Source: a virus
Taxonomy: Duplodnaviria > Heunggongvirae > Uroviricota > Caudoviricetes
Virus record (IMG/VR): IMGVR_UViG_2562617057_000003
Reading direction: 5' to 3' (one strand)
DNA length: 47,732 bases
The translations under genes and the position numbers were made by a program. Below are positions 20,235 to 29,679 of this stretch, one piece after another. Every line of letters starts with the position of its first letter. Position 1 is the first letter of the stretch. The notes under the pieces are model-generated. The model was given only the letters and a program-made list of their open reading frames with translations. It did not search any database and had not been told where the DNA came from.

Positions 20235-21740
20235 TCATGGCATGGCCATGAGCATTTTCACGTCCGCATCACCGTCTGCTGACGTCTGTGGCACGCCACC
20301 CTGTACCGCTGCCGGTGAATGGTTCGCCATGAAATGTTCAAACATGGCGGTTGTGGATGCAGAAACCGGTTCTGCCCTGCCTGAGGCTGCCGCCAGTACA
20401 GCCCGGGCATTCTCCACGGTCATCCCCGGACAGGCCGCCAGTTTTTCAGCCTGCGCCTCTGCCCCTTTTGCCTCATCCAGGGCCATAATCTGATCACGAA
20501 GTGAGGGTCCGGCATTCGCCTGCGGTGAAGCAGCCAGAATCGGACGGGCTTTTTCCACCGTCATCTCCGGCATCGCCGCCAGCGTTGCCGCCAGTTGTTC
20601 ACGTCCTTTCGCCTCTTCACATGCCATAATGCGATCGGCTTCACTCTGCGCAGATACACCAGATTGTTGCGGTGCCGCCACGGCCAGAATCGCCCGGGCC
20701 TGCTCAACGCTCATACCCTGTTGCCCTGCCAGCATCGTGGCCAGTTGTTCACGTCCTTTCGCTTCCTGACACGTCAGGATCCCCATCACTCGCTGGTTCT
20801 CCTGCGCGGCAGCCTCCGTTGCAGTTAATTGCGGCATAGTGCCTCCTGTATCGTGTGTGTTCAGCGCCGTGGCCATCACGCTGATGGCATCCGACGCATT
20901 GATTAATTCATCCGCCAGCCCGGCCTCAATACCGGTCTGACCTTCAAAAACGGCGGCCTCTGTCCCCATAACCGCATCCACAGTTAAACCGGTATACATC
21001 GCCACTTTTTCGGCAAACATCCGGCGCGCCGCATCAATCCGCTGCTGCATGTCCTGGCGCACCTCTGCAGGCAACGCTTCAAAGTGATTGCCATCCACCT
21101 TGTGCGATCCGGCGTAAATCAGCGTGATATCCACACCGGCCTGCGCCAGATGATCTGCATAGCTGACATGGCTCATCATCACGCCAATGGAGCCGATACG
21201 GGATGTCTGGGTAACCAGCCGTCGGGAGCAGGCCGACGCCAGCAGCATGGCTGCAGAACAGGCCGTGTCATTGCACAGTGCCCAGACCGGCTTCTGCTGA
21301 CGGAGGCGGTAAATCATGTCAGCGCAGTCAAACGCGCCGGCAGCCTGCCCGCCCGGACTGTCAATGTCCAGCAGTACGCCCCGCACCTGGCTATCCGCCA
21401 TTGCCTGCTGAAGACAGGCGACAATGCCGTCATAGCCTGTCATTCCGGAAAATGGCCGCATACCACCCAGCCGGTGCACCAGCGTGCCGGTCACCGGCAG
21501 TACAGCAATACCGTTCACCACCCGGTAAACACGGGCCGGTCGTTTTCCTCCGGCCATGTACTCGTCCGTTTCAGCCAGCATTCCGGGAGCATCAAGCTGT
21601 ACCTGCTGCTGTGGTACCGAAAGACTTGCTGCTCCCATCTCGCGCCCGAGCGCGCAAAAGAAAACCCGCGCATAGGCGGGCTCCAGAAGCAGCGGTTCAT
21701 TGAATGCTGCGGCAATAATGTGTGAAAGATTACGTCTCAC
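20235..21740 (-). CDS. C: Capsid maturation protease C with in-frame scaffold (Nu3-like) C-terminal region
   Basis: 501 aa; ...RRNLSHIIAAAFNEPLLLEPAYARVFF...GIAVLPVTGTL... ClpP/S49-like as in lambda C; C-terminal part contains three tandem ~40-50 aa repeats. Confidence 0.88.
   Translation of the reverse strand: MRRNLSHIIAAAFNEPLLLEPAYARVFFCALGREMGAASLSVPQQQVQLDAPGMLAETDEYMAGGKRPARVYRVVNGIAVLPVTGTLVHRLGGMRPFSGMTGYDGIVACLQQAMADSQVRGVLLDIDSPGGQAAGAFDCADMIYRLRQQKPVWALCNDTACSAAMLLASACSRRLVTQTSRIGSIGVMMSHVSYADHLAQAGVDITLIYAGSHKVDGNHFEALPAEVRQDMQQRIDAARRMFAEKVAMYTGLTVDAVMGTEAAVFEGQTGIEAGLADELINASDAISVMATALNTHDTGGTMPQLTATEAAAQENQRVMGILTCQEAKGREQLATMLAGQQGMSVEQARAILAVAAPQQSGVSAQSEADRIMACEEAKGREQLAATLAAMPEMTVEKARPILAASPQANAGPSLRDQIMALDEAKGAEAQAEKLAACPGMTVENARAVLAAASGRAEPVSASTTAMFEHFMANHSPAAVQGGVPQTSADGDADVKMLMAMP
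20366..20790 (-). repeat. Three tandem ~150-bp repeat units inside the C/Nu3 coding region
   Basis: DNA string CCAGTTGTTCACGTCCTTTCGC recurs at 20591 and 20741 (150-bp period); protein repeats QEAKGREQLATMLA... / EEAKGREQLAATLA... / DEAKGAEAQAEKLA... Confidence 0.65.
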
Positions 21741-23322
21741 GTGGTGTTGTCTCCTCTTCCGGCCTGCGGCTCTCCGCTATCTGCTGCTGATACGCCTGCG
21801 CTATCCACACCGGACGTGAGAGTCCGGCTTTTTCCCGCTCTGCGGATTCCCTGACCTGCTGGCGGAAAATGTCCTGATAATCCTCACCCATCAGCGCCAG
21901 CTCTTTCTCATACGTGCTCAGTCCGGCCTCAATGCGCATCACCGATTCCTGGACCTCCTTGAGCCCGTCAATGGCCATCCTTCCGGCACCAACCCACTCT
22001 GCCCGTGACCAGGCTGAACGCGCCTGATAAAAATCAAAACGCGCCCGTGGCGGACGAATAATCCCCCGGAGAAGTGCCTCTTCCAGCCAGCAGGAAAACA
22101 TCTGCGTGGCCAGCCGGGCCGCGATAAATTTTCGTCGCCCCATAAAATAGCGCCACGACTCATTGGCGGAGGCGCGGGCACTTGAGTAACTGACCTTCGA
22201 GTAATCACGGGACAACTGTTCGTAGGAAACCCCCAGACCAGCGGCGATATACCGCAGCAGCGCCTGTTCAAGCGCCGAAAATCCATTGTCTGAATCCTGC
22301 GCTGTCTGCAGGTTCAGCGCATCACCCGGGAAAAGGTGCGGAATTTTGACACCGCCCAGCGTCACGTTATTCGTGTCATACCAGCGGATGAACTTCTGCA
22401 GCATATTGTTAAGCGGATTATCCTGCTGACCCTGCGGCGCACCGGCGATATATTCAAAGGCCTTTTCGGTATCGAGTTCGCTTTCGATTGTGGCTGCATA
22501 CATCGCCTTCACAATGGCCGACTGAAGCTGCGTGGCCTGCAGGGAATCCAGCATCTTCATCCGCTCCATTACGCTGTAAAACTGATTAGCCCCACGGGTC
22601 TGCCCGTCCTCCACCGGCTCAAAAATATGCAGCATGGCCGGACGCCCGGTGGGAAGCTCACGCGGGATCCGCTCCCAGCGTCCGGCACCAGAGAACGGAA
22701 AATCATCCTCACAGATATGGTACGCAATCGCCCGCCCATACCGATCGACCTCAACCCCGGCCCGCAGAAAGTGGTTCCCCATACCGTGTCCTGGCGTGTC
22801 CACCCGTTTCGGACTCACGGCTTTAAAACGCGTACGGAATAACTGCGTGGTTTCCGTATCCCAGACCGGCTGCACAAAGATTTCGCCGTTAAAGGCATGC
22901 ACGCCCACCCCTTCACGGATAAATTCCGTAAACGTGCGTTTCCCTTCCACGTCGATCTCGCCAAACATTCCTTCTGCGTATTCCGACCAGGCTGCTTCCA
23001 CCTCCCCGACAAAACTTTTTGCCGTGGTCTCCCGCATCCCCAGCCAACGCCAGTTCAGACGGTAGCTGATAAGAAACATGTGCCCGACGATATGATCCTT
23101 ATGCAGGGCCACCGCATTAGCCGCGATACCGTTATTGCGCACCAGATCATCTGCCCGGGCATTCCCCAGACGCAATGCAGGCAACAGGGCCGCATCGGCA
23201 CTCTGCGCCGGTGGTAACCACTCTGCCATTTGCCCGCCAAATCCTGCGCCGCCTCCGTTGTAGCTGAGACTCTCACGAAGCGGAACGCCGTTCACATCAA
23301 TCAGGACAGGCGTTCGTTTCAT
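21730..23322 (-). CDS. B: Portal protein B
   Basis: 530 aa, lambda B-like; ATG overlaps the W stop. Confidence 0.93.
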   Translation of the reverse strand: MKRTPVLIDVNGVPLRESLSYNGGGAGFGGQMAEWLPPAQSADAALLPALRLGNARADDLVRNNGIAANAVALHKDHIVGHMFLISYRLNWRWLGMRETTAKSFVGEVEAAWSEYAEGMFGEIDVEGKRTFTEFIREGVGVHAFNGEIFVQPVWDTETTQLFRTRFKAVSPKRVDTPGHGMGNHFLRAGVEVDRYGRAIAYHICEDDFPFSGAGRWERIPRELPTGRPAMLHIFEPVEDGQTRGANQFYSVMERMKMLDSLQATQLQSAIVKAMYAATIESELDTEKAFEYIAGAPQGQQDNPLNNMLQKFIRWYDTNNVTLGGVKIPHLFPGDALNLQTAQDSDNGFSALEQALLRYIAAGLGVSYEQLSRDYSKVSYSSARASANESWRYFMGRRKFIAARLATQMFSCWLEEALLRGIIRPPRARFDFYQARSAWSRAEWVGAGRMAIDGLKEVQESVMRIEAGLSTYEKELALMGEDYQDIFRQQVRESAEREKAGLSRPVWIAQAYQQQIAESRRPEEETTPRET

Positions 23323-23522
23323 AACCTCACTCCCAGCGGTCGGCGGCGTCGGGTCGTACCCAGAACCGACTCCGCATCGTTGATCGCACGGTTAAGCTCA
23401 TTCAGGGACGCTGCCGTATATTCGATCCTGCGACCGTCTTTCTGTACCGACACAACCCGTTTACCGGTTAATAAATCAAGGCGCGCCTGACGCAGCGCCT
23501 GCAGTTCAGCGACTGTAACCAT
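23319..23522 (-). CDS. W: Head-tail joining protein W
   Basis: 67 aa, MVTVAELQALRQARLDLLTGKRVVSVQKDGRRIEYTAASLNEL lambda W-like. Confidence 0.85.
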   Translation of the reverse strand: MVTVAELQALRQARLDLLTGKRVVSVQKDGRRIEYTAASLNELNRAINDAESVLGTTRRRRPLGVRL

Positions 23523-25434
23523 TCACTCCTCCGGACAGCTTCGCTGCCAGTTCTTCAAGGGTCGGTTGTGCAGTTGCATCCTTGCGGGATGCCGCCAGCA
23601 CAGCCAGATCAAGTTGCCAGCGTTGCACGGACACACGTAATGCCGCATAGGCATACACCAGGCAGTCCAGCGCTTCGTTACGCCGCTTTTTGTTATCCCA
23701 CAACAGACGCATCTTTCCTTTTTCCCACTTTTCCACCAGTTCCTCCGCCACCAGTTGTTGTGCCTCTGTCTGCGAAAAAATCTCCGGATTATCAGGAAAG
23801 CGGATGGCATACGATGTGGCCTCATTCACAGGGGTGGGATCGGCCTTCATTCGGGCATAGAGAATTTCTTTTGCGGTATCCGTCCCCACCTCACACAGAT
23901 ACACACCCCGCTGATTGCGGGTTTTCGGCATGGTGATCACCGGCTTGCCATAGACAGAGGCACCTTTTACCGGCAGTACCCGGAAAACACCGTGTTTTTT
24001 TGACCTCTGATACACGATTTCGCCATCGATCCCCCCGATATCCCAGCAGACACGGGAAATGGTCATTTCGGTACCGTCTGCATGGCGGTATTTTTTATTG
24101 ATCGCCGCATCCACACGTAACAGCGTCTCTTCCTCATCAGGACGTCCCATGATGATGATTTTATCCACCAGAAAGGCTTCCTCTCCCGGAGCCCACCCCC
24201 AGACATACATCTCAAAACGGTTTCGCTGCGAGTCAATGCCCGCCGTCAGATAAACCACCCGGACAGGCACCGTTGCCGTGTAAGGCACAACCTTATCCAT
24301 CAGTACCTGGTGATCGAGTTTTTCGCCCACGGCCTCTTCCCAGGTCTCGCCCAGCGTGGTGTTCACAAAAGTTTTCACGCCGTTGGGATCTTTCAGTGCA
24401 TCCAGCCAGTCACAGACTATCTGTACCCAGGTGGTGAACGGACTGTACGCCGTCCATATATGGAAAGTGATGGAGCGCGGCGGCGGAATTTCATTACCCG
24501 AAGCACTGAAAAACGTCAGACCGTCACGCGTCCACATCCCGGTATTGTCACAAATCCAGCGCCCCCCGGTCTGATCAAGTTCAGACTGACGGATCACGCA
24601 GCCATTATGTTCACACAGGTAATACACCGTTTCCGGTTTACCCTTCTCCCATTTCAGGCCAAACGACGTCGCATCATCGCCAAACTTCAGATACTGCTCC
24701 TCCCCGCAATGAGGGCAAGGGACATAAAACCGCATGAAATGTGCAGATTCATTCGCGGCTTTTTCAATCTGGCAGGAGCCTTTGATTTTTGGCGTTGAAC
24801 CGCGTATGGATTTTGGCCATACCGAACCTTCAATACGTTTATCGCCAAGCAGTGTTGGCGAACCTTCTTTTTCCACATCCGGTTCAAACGAGGAGAGTTC
24901 GTCATAGCAGACCACATCGACAGATTTTTCACGGTAGTTTTTGGCAGCAGCACCACCCAAACACCAGAACCCCACACCAGAGGAAAAACGCTTCAGTGTG
25001 AGCGTATTATCCCGGTGTTTCCGGCCCAGCCAGGGAGAAAGTTTTTTCAGGCAAGGAACATCACGAATTGTTGCTTCCACGTGAGACTTCATAAAATCTT
25101 CAGCAGCTGAGTCCGTCGGCTGAAAAAGAAGAGTGTTGCGGGATTTGTGCTCAATAAAATACCCGATCACACCAAGCACCATTTTTGTATAACCAACACG
25201 GGCAGATTTAATCAGGTTAACTGTACGAATCTCGTCATTGCCCATGCAGTTCATGATGGCGACCTGAAACGGCAGCGTTTTCCATTCCCCCTCACCGTAT
25301 GACGATTCTTTAGGCAGGTAATAATTTTGATCGGCCCATTCTACAGCCGTCACCGGCAATACCCTGACCAGTGGCTGCAGTGCGATAGTGACTGCCACCA
25401 TCATATTACTCAGTTGTTGTTCTGATATATTCAT
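23506..25434 (-). CDS. A: Terminase large subunit A
   Basis: Starts MNISEQQLSNMM...TAVEWADQNYYLPKESSYGEGEWKTLPFQ (lambda A-like) at ATG 25434; overlaps the 3' end of Nu1 as in lambda; ORF-track start is an upstream extension. Confidence 0.93.
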   Translation of the reverse strand: MNISEQQLSNMMVAVTIALQPLVRVLPVTAVEWADQNYYLPKESSYGEGEWKTLPFQVAIMNCMGNDEIRTVNLIKSARVGYTKMVLGVIGYFIEHKSRNTLLFQPTDSAAEDFMKSHVEATIRDVPCLKKLSPWLGRKHRDNTLTLKRFSSGVGFWCLGGAAAKNYREKSVDVVCYDELSSFEPDVEKEGSPTLLGDKRIEGSVWPKSIRGSTPKIKGSCQIEKAANESAHFMRFYVPCPHCGEEQYLKFGDDATSFGLKWEKGKPETVYYLCEHNGCVIRQSELDQTGGRWICDNTGMWTRDGLTFFSASGNEIPPPRSITFHIWTAYSPFTTWVQIVCDWLDALKDPNGVKTFVNTTLGETWEEAVGEKLDHQVLMDKVVPYTATVPVRVVYLTAGIDSQRNRFEMYVWGWAPGEEAFLVDKIIIMGRPDEEETLLRVDAAINKKYRHADGTEMTISRVCWDIGGIDGEIVYQRSKKHGVFRVLPVKGASVYGKPVITMPKTRNQRGVYLCEVGTDTAKEILYARMKADPTPVNEATSYAIRFPDNPEIFSQTEAQQLVAEELVEKWEKGKMRLLWDNKKRRNEALDCLVYAYAALRVSVQRWQLDLAVLAASRKDATAQPTLEELAAKLSGGVNGYSR

Positions 25435-25915
25435 CGAGTAAATCCGGTAATTTATCCCCCGCACGCGCGCACTGATTCGCTCCCTTAGCAATAAGGATTT
25501 TCAGATGATCAATATGACGCGGCGTTAAATCCGGGAACTGTCGTTGCATGGACAAAGGAATGGAGTCAAGCGTACTGGATAAAGCCATCGCCAGCTTACT
25601 AAGGGCAAAAATACAAAATCCGCTATCAATAAGATTTCCTTTTGACACCTGATTTTTTAACTGCTGTGCGACAGCCTGTTCTGCGGTCAGTTCCCATCTC
25701 GCAATGAGTAGTTTCTCTTCATAATCCTCTTCCGGATCACCATCAGGCACATCGTTTTTACTTCTTCTCAGATACGATATGTAAAAATCACGCCAGGCAT
25801 CCAGATCCAGTTGTCCTCGCTTGTTCGAAACCGGGGCACCCGGCAGTTTCTGTAATCTGCGAAGCTGGCGATCGGTCAGACTCAAATGCCTGGCAACTTC
25901 AGTCTGAGTAGCCAC
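25406..25915 (-). CDS. Nu1: Terminase small subunit Nu1
   Basis: 169 aa with N-terminal HTH; C-terminal part resembles lambda Nu1; GTG start with RBS GAGGTG; immediately upstream of A. Confidence 0.82.
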   Translation of the reverse strand: MATQTEVARHLSLTDRQLRRLQKLPGAPVSNKRGQLDLDAWRDFYISYLRRSKNDVPDGDPEEDYEEKLLIARWELTAEQAVAQQLKNQVSKGNLIDSGFCIFALSKLAMALSSTLDSIPLSMQRQFPDLTPRHIDHLKILIAKGANQCARAGDKLPDLLDEYIRTTTE

Positions 25916-26039
25916 TGTTCACCTCGCCAAAAAATCTCCCCTCATGCGTTTTAAACATGCATCTTGCGAACAACTTTATGAAACGCGGCATATATGTCCG
26001 GTTTGAGTGTTCAATTTTTGCGCATGTCCGGTTCACAGA

Positions 26040-26165
26040 AAGCGCATTTCTATATTTTTCAAATGGTTAACCTTCAGAGAAACCGGACATGGTTTCCGAA
26101 AAATTTTCATAAATAGTGAAATTCTGCGCCGCTCCCGCCCCGTGGCAGGCCACCCCACCGGGAGG
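26040..26165 (-). other. cos site region (cosN-like GGGCGGGAGCGG, cosB toward Nu1)
   Basis: Reverse complement of 26100-26140 reads GGGCGGGAGCGGCGCAGAATTTCACTATTTATGAAAATTTT, close to the lambda left-end sequence; about 200 bp upstream of Nu1. Confidence 0.6.
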
Positions 26166-26564
26166 ACCCGTCAGCCTGACAGCCATGACGAACGTCTGAT
26201 ACAGCGCCCTGCATGAATGACATCGGGATAATCCAGAAAGGAATAGCATCGTACCCACAAGAATCAGTGTAAGTGTCCTGTTTCTTCCACCCCCGCACAG
26301 GACTGGCGAGCATGAGGGACAAACCCGCGAACCATAAACGCGGTAAAAACCCGGTGTGCATCGTTTTTGATTATTCCCGCACACTCGCGCAGAAGGAGTT
26401 CCCCGTCGGGCTACGGTCATGGTTAATGCGGGAATACAGCGACGATACAGCGCATGATGTGTCAGGCCTGAATACCTTTATCCGTTAAAAGGGATATCAG
26501 TTAAGTTATCCCGTGTAGGGTATAAGCCATTATCAAGCCCACCAGTAGATGGGCTTTGTAATGG

Positions 26565-26822
26565 CTACTTCGCTTTTGCTTCCGCTCGCTTACGCCGGCG
26601 CTCTTCTTTCCTCTCGGCTTTTGCCATGTCCATGAATGCCTGCATGATCGAGTTCCGCATCATGTAGCTAACAAAGTGATGATTGACACAGCCGTTGAGG
26701 CGCAGCTGCTCGCCAAACTCATCCACCGAGGCCAATGCTTCCATCATGCCCTTCTCGCCTTTCATGAACTCTGAGAAGTCGCGCCCCGCTCTGGAGGCGC
26801 ATTCAATGACACGATCACTCAT
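26565..26822 (-). CDS. Hypothetical 85-aa protein translationally coupled to the KilA-N gene
   Basis: ATG overlaps the stop of the upstream gene (ATGA); Lys/Arg/Glu-rich C-terminal tail; no family recognised. Confidence 0.55.
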   Translation of the reverse strand: MSDRVIECASRAGRDFSEFMKGEKGMMEALASVDEFGEQLRLNGCVNHHFVSYMMRNSIMQAFMDMAKAERKEERRRKRAEAKAK

Positions 26823-27316
26823 CCCGGAAGCCCGGGGATCGTTATCTGCAGCTGGTTAGCCAGGGAGTTAATCTCAGCGACCAACACTGGCTTCGTATAG
26901 CGCCATGCCGCCAGCCCTTGTCCACAGAAGCTCGCCATATCTTTTTTCTGATCAAACTCATGACACTTCATATTGAGCTGCGCACTTAAGCTGTTGCGAT
27001 GCTGAAGTTCTCCGGTGAAGTAGTCATCCAGGACTTTATAGGCTGCATATTTAAATCCGGGGTTTAGCCATGCTGCATAATCATAAGCAACAAACTTCCC
27101 GCCATATGTTCCACCGTGTACACCGCGCTCAGTAAAAACCACAGATTCGTGGTTTTTCTCCAGCTCGGCTAAGAACTCTTTGGTCTGCTTGTTTCGCAGG
27201 TAGTGGTACGGAGATTCAGATTCACTTTTACCACTGGCTTTCCACATATCAGTGAGGCAGATCATTCCTGATTCATCAACACGGATCGGTGTATTAAAAA
27301 GCGTGATTGCTTTCAT
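26819..27316 (-). CDS. KilA-N domain protein
   Basis: 165 aa; N-terminal MKAITLFNTPIRVDESGMICLTDMWKASGKS...YHYLRNKQTKEFLAEL resembles the KilA-N DNA-binding domain. Confidence 0.7.
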   Translation of the reverse strand: MKAITLFNTPIRVDESGMICLTDMWKASGKSESESPYHYLRNKQTKEFLAELEKNHESVVFTERGVHGGTYGGKFVAYDYAAWLNPGFKYAAYKVLDDYFTGELQHRNSLSAQLNMKCHEFDQKKDMASFCGQGLAAWRYTKPVLVAEINSLANQLQITIPGLPG

Positions 27317-27462
27317 GGCGTCTTTACCTTTTAGAAAGATGAGCCTGTTCGCACAGAAAAGCCGTCCCCGAGATGGTCGCCACCATATACGGCAATTCTC
27401 AGGCTCAGCTTTCTGAAAGACTCGGGGTTTATATGCGCTGCGATGCGCGGTTTACTGCGGAC

Positions 27463-27488
27463 ATATAAAAGCCCCGCAAGTGCGAGGC
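27463..27488 (-). terminator. Putative intrinsic terminator after Rz
   Basis: Minus-strand hairpin GCCTCGCACTTGCGGGGC followed by TTTTATAT, 33 nt after the Rz stop. Confidence 0.5.
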
Positions 27489-27520
27489 TCATTAAATGGA
27501 CTTTGTGATTTGCAAAAAAA

Positions 27521-27958
27521 TTATTTCAGGCATTGCGTCCTGATGTATTCCTGCAGGTAGTTAACCTGCGCGGTTATCCTGTCGATTCCACTTCGGAGAC
27601 GGTAATAATTGAGTTCAGCATCTGCTGTAAGTCTTGGGCTTTCTCCATAGCCCATGCTGCTGGCTCCGGTCGTTGACTTTGCACAGGTGGCGGCGACTTG
27701 CAGGCGCTTACGACCAGCAGAAACATCAGCACGGAGACTTTCGATAGTCGCGTTAGCATCAGCAAGCTCCTTTGTGTATCTGGCGTCGAGTTCTGCTACA
27801 TCACGTTGACGCTTCTGCATATCAGAGATGATGGATGTGGCCTTATCGCGCTGCTCTTTGTAGGTAATGGCGTTACTACGGTAATGGCTGGTGGCCTGCC
27901 ACAACGCACCGCAGGCCACCAGCAACGCAATAATCACGCCATGAAGAACACGATTCAT
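27521..27958 (-). CDS. Rz: Rz inner-membrane spanin
   Basis: [40 protein letters not shown]... lambda Rz-like with N-terminal TM segment; ATG at 27958. Confidence 0.88.
   Translation of the reverse strand: MNRVLHGVIIALLVACGALWQATSHYRSNAITYKEQRDKATSIISDMQKRQRDVAELDARYTKELADANATIESLRADVSAGRKRLQVAATCAKSTTGASSMGYGESPRLTADAELNYYRLRSGIDRITAQVNYLQEYIRTQCLK
27574..27765 (-). CDS. Rz1: Rz1 outer-membrane lipoprotein spanin, embedded in Rz in the +1 frame
   Basis: 63 aa with lipoprotein signal and lipobox (LLVVSAC), Pro-rich mature part; nested inside Rz. Confidence 0.8.
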   Translation of the reverse strand: MLMLTRLSKVSVLMFLLVVSACKSPPPVQSQRPEPAAWAMEKAQDLQQMLNSIITVSEVESTG

Positions 27959-28172
27959 ATCACCACCAGCGGATTGCCCAGACCAGAACAGCAATGGACA
28001 CAATACGAATAGCAAAGGCCGCTGCTCTTGTTAAATCCAGACTGGCTGGAGTCTCCACTTCAATGCCTTTCATAATGGACAACCTCAGAAAAAATTTTTT
28101 ATACTTTCTCACAGGGAAAACACCTCCCTACCCATAATTTCTCCCTTGCCTTACTCAAGGTCAGAAAACACA

Positions 28173-28210
28173 AAACCCCGACTGTTGGTGCAATCGGGGT
28201 TTTTACTTTT
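28173..28210 (-). terminator. Strong hairpin with flanking T tracts between endolysin and Rz
   Basis: 8-bp stem AAACCCCG/CGGGGTTT with a 14-nt loop, followed by TTTTACTTTT on plus and TGTGTTTTC on minus. Confidence 0.45.
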
Positions 28211-28293
28211 ATTCACTTACGTTTTGCCGGTTAGCAGGATTTCGTGTTATCCGCCCGCGTTGACCAACCTCATTTTTCAGCGAAATATTCTGC

Positions 28294-28827
28294 TTATCTG
28301 TCGATACCCCAGCATGTCAGCGCCGCTTCCTGATCCCGACGAATAACCTGACCGTAACAGTTATTTGAACGAATACGGCAGTCTCTGCCACCATCCTTAA
28401 TCCACCAGCGAATCGCCTCGCATGCGCCCTTACGATCACCGGCATTCAGCCGCTTATAAAACGTCGACGGGAAACACTTACCGGGGCCAATGTTATAGGG
28501 GCAAAATGACGCTATACCCGCTTTTTGTGGTTCGGTCAGTGGTACTTTAATATTGCGCTCCACCCATGCCAGCGCCTTATCACGTTCAATGGCGTTAACC
28601 TGGTCGCATTTTTCCTTCGACAGTTTCATACCGGGAAAAACGGGTTTACCATCCACCGTCGTGGCACCCCGACAGATGGTCCAGATGCCGGAACCATCGC
28701 GGTATGCCGTAGTGTGGTTACCTTCTTTTTCATCCAGAAACTGGTCGAGAATATCAGGCGCAGGCGCACCGATAGCAATCAGTGCCAGAACGGCAGCCGA
28801 CAGGCCATATCTGATTTTTACGTTCAT
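28294..28827 (-). CDS. R: Phage lysozyme (endolysin) with N-terminal signal-anchor/SAR-like segment
   Basis: 177 aa; MNVKIRYGLSAAVLALIAIGAPAPD hydrophobic N-terminus, then ...EGNHTTAYRDGSGIWTICRGATTVDGK... lysozyme motifs; resembles K-12 prophage lysozymes. Confidence 0.92.
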   Translation of the reverse strand: MNVKIRYGLSAAVLALIAIGAPAPDILDQFLDEKEGNHTTAYRDGSGIWTICRGATTVDGKPVFPGMKLSKEKCDQVNAIERDKALAWVERNIKVPLTEPQKAGIASFCPYNIGPGKCFPSTFYKRLNAGDRKGACEAIRWWIKDGGRDCRIRSNNCYGQVIRRDQEAALTCWGIDR

Positions 28828-28940
28828 GGATATTTATCAGGATTTATCGGCTTCAAATCCCCGGATATGTTAAATCTTACCTCGCCAGTGATGGGCACTG
28901 GCGGGAGGAGGATGTCAATCTGATAAACACAGAGGTGACT

Positions 28941-29201
28941 ATGGATTACACAAATCTACCAAAACAAACTTTTGCTGATTTAATCGCACTCAGGCAAGCA
29001 GTCGTAGCTCTAATCAACTTGTTGCCGGAGAAGGAAAAGGAATTAGTTAAAGCGCTTCTTAACAGAACTGCCGCCGATTTTTCATCATATCCACTGACAG
29101 ATGACCTTGCGGACCTTCCTGAATTAATTGCAGCGTCCACCATTAAGCTTACTGAAGAGATTTACCCTCCTCAAAAATCTTCACAAAATTCCTGCGAGTA
29201 A
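28941..29201 (+). CDS. Hypothetical 86-aa acidic protein, convergent to and overlapping the 176-aa ORF
   Basis: ATG at 28941 with RBS AGAGG 5 nt upstream; plus strand inside a minus-strand late operon; no family recognised. Confidence 0.4.
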   Translation: MDYTNLPKQTFADLIALRQAVVALINLLPEKEKELVKALLNRTAADFSSYPLTDDLADLPELIAASTIKLTEEIYPPQKSSQNSCE

Positions 29202-29679
29202 CTTCAATGCAATAATCGTAAAACGCCGCAAACTGCTCATCGCGGCGTTTTTTTTCATCTTCAGAAGGAATCAGCACCGACAATTTTTTCTCCAGTTTTT
29301 CAATGGGCGATTCAATATCATCTTTTTCTGACCGCAATGCCGTCGGTGGCGTCTTCAGAGAACCAGTAATTCTTCCCGGTAGCTTTCCTTTGTAGGTTAT
29401 CCACACATTCTGCGCCTCTAAAATTATGGGGCGCTTTTCCGGCGACTGCTCATCCCCTTCACATAACCCGGCAGCAACATCCAGGAATACCTGTCTGATT
29501 CTCATTCTGGCCGCTGCCTCATAAAACTCCAGCGCGGCACCTTCAACACGGTCCAGCGAGATGTCCAGGTCAAAAATTTCACCGTCAAAGCGTTTTTTGT
29601 CCCGTAACGCTAAAGTTACCGCAACTTTATTCTCAAAATTGCGGATCCCTTTCACAATCAGTTCATAGTTTTGTGTCAT
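29149..29679 (-). CDS. Hypothetical 176-aa protein inserted between holin and endolysin
   Basis: Stop 4 nt before the holin ORF ends; no TM segment, charged C-terminal half; same position as ydfR in K-12 Qin (homology not established). Confidence 0.65.
   Translation of the reverse strand: MTQNYELIVKGIRNFENKVAVTLALRDKKRFDGEIFDLDISLDRVEGAALEFYEAAARMRIRQVFLDVAAGLCEGDEQSPEKRPIILEAQNVWITYKGKLPGRITGSLKTPPTALRSEKDDIESPIEKLEKKLSVLIPSEDEKKRRDEQFAAFYDYCIEVTRRNFVKIFEEGKSLQ

Noticed and set aside
26067-26420. 117-aa minus-strand ORF overlapping the cos site
   Set aside because: Cys/Gly/Arg-rich translation overlapping conserved cos sequence; no RBS; likely non-coding.
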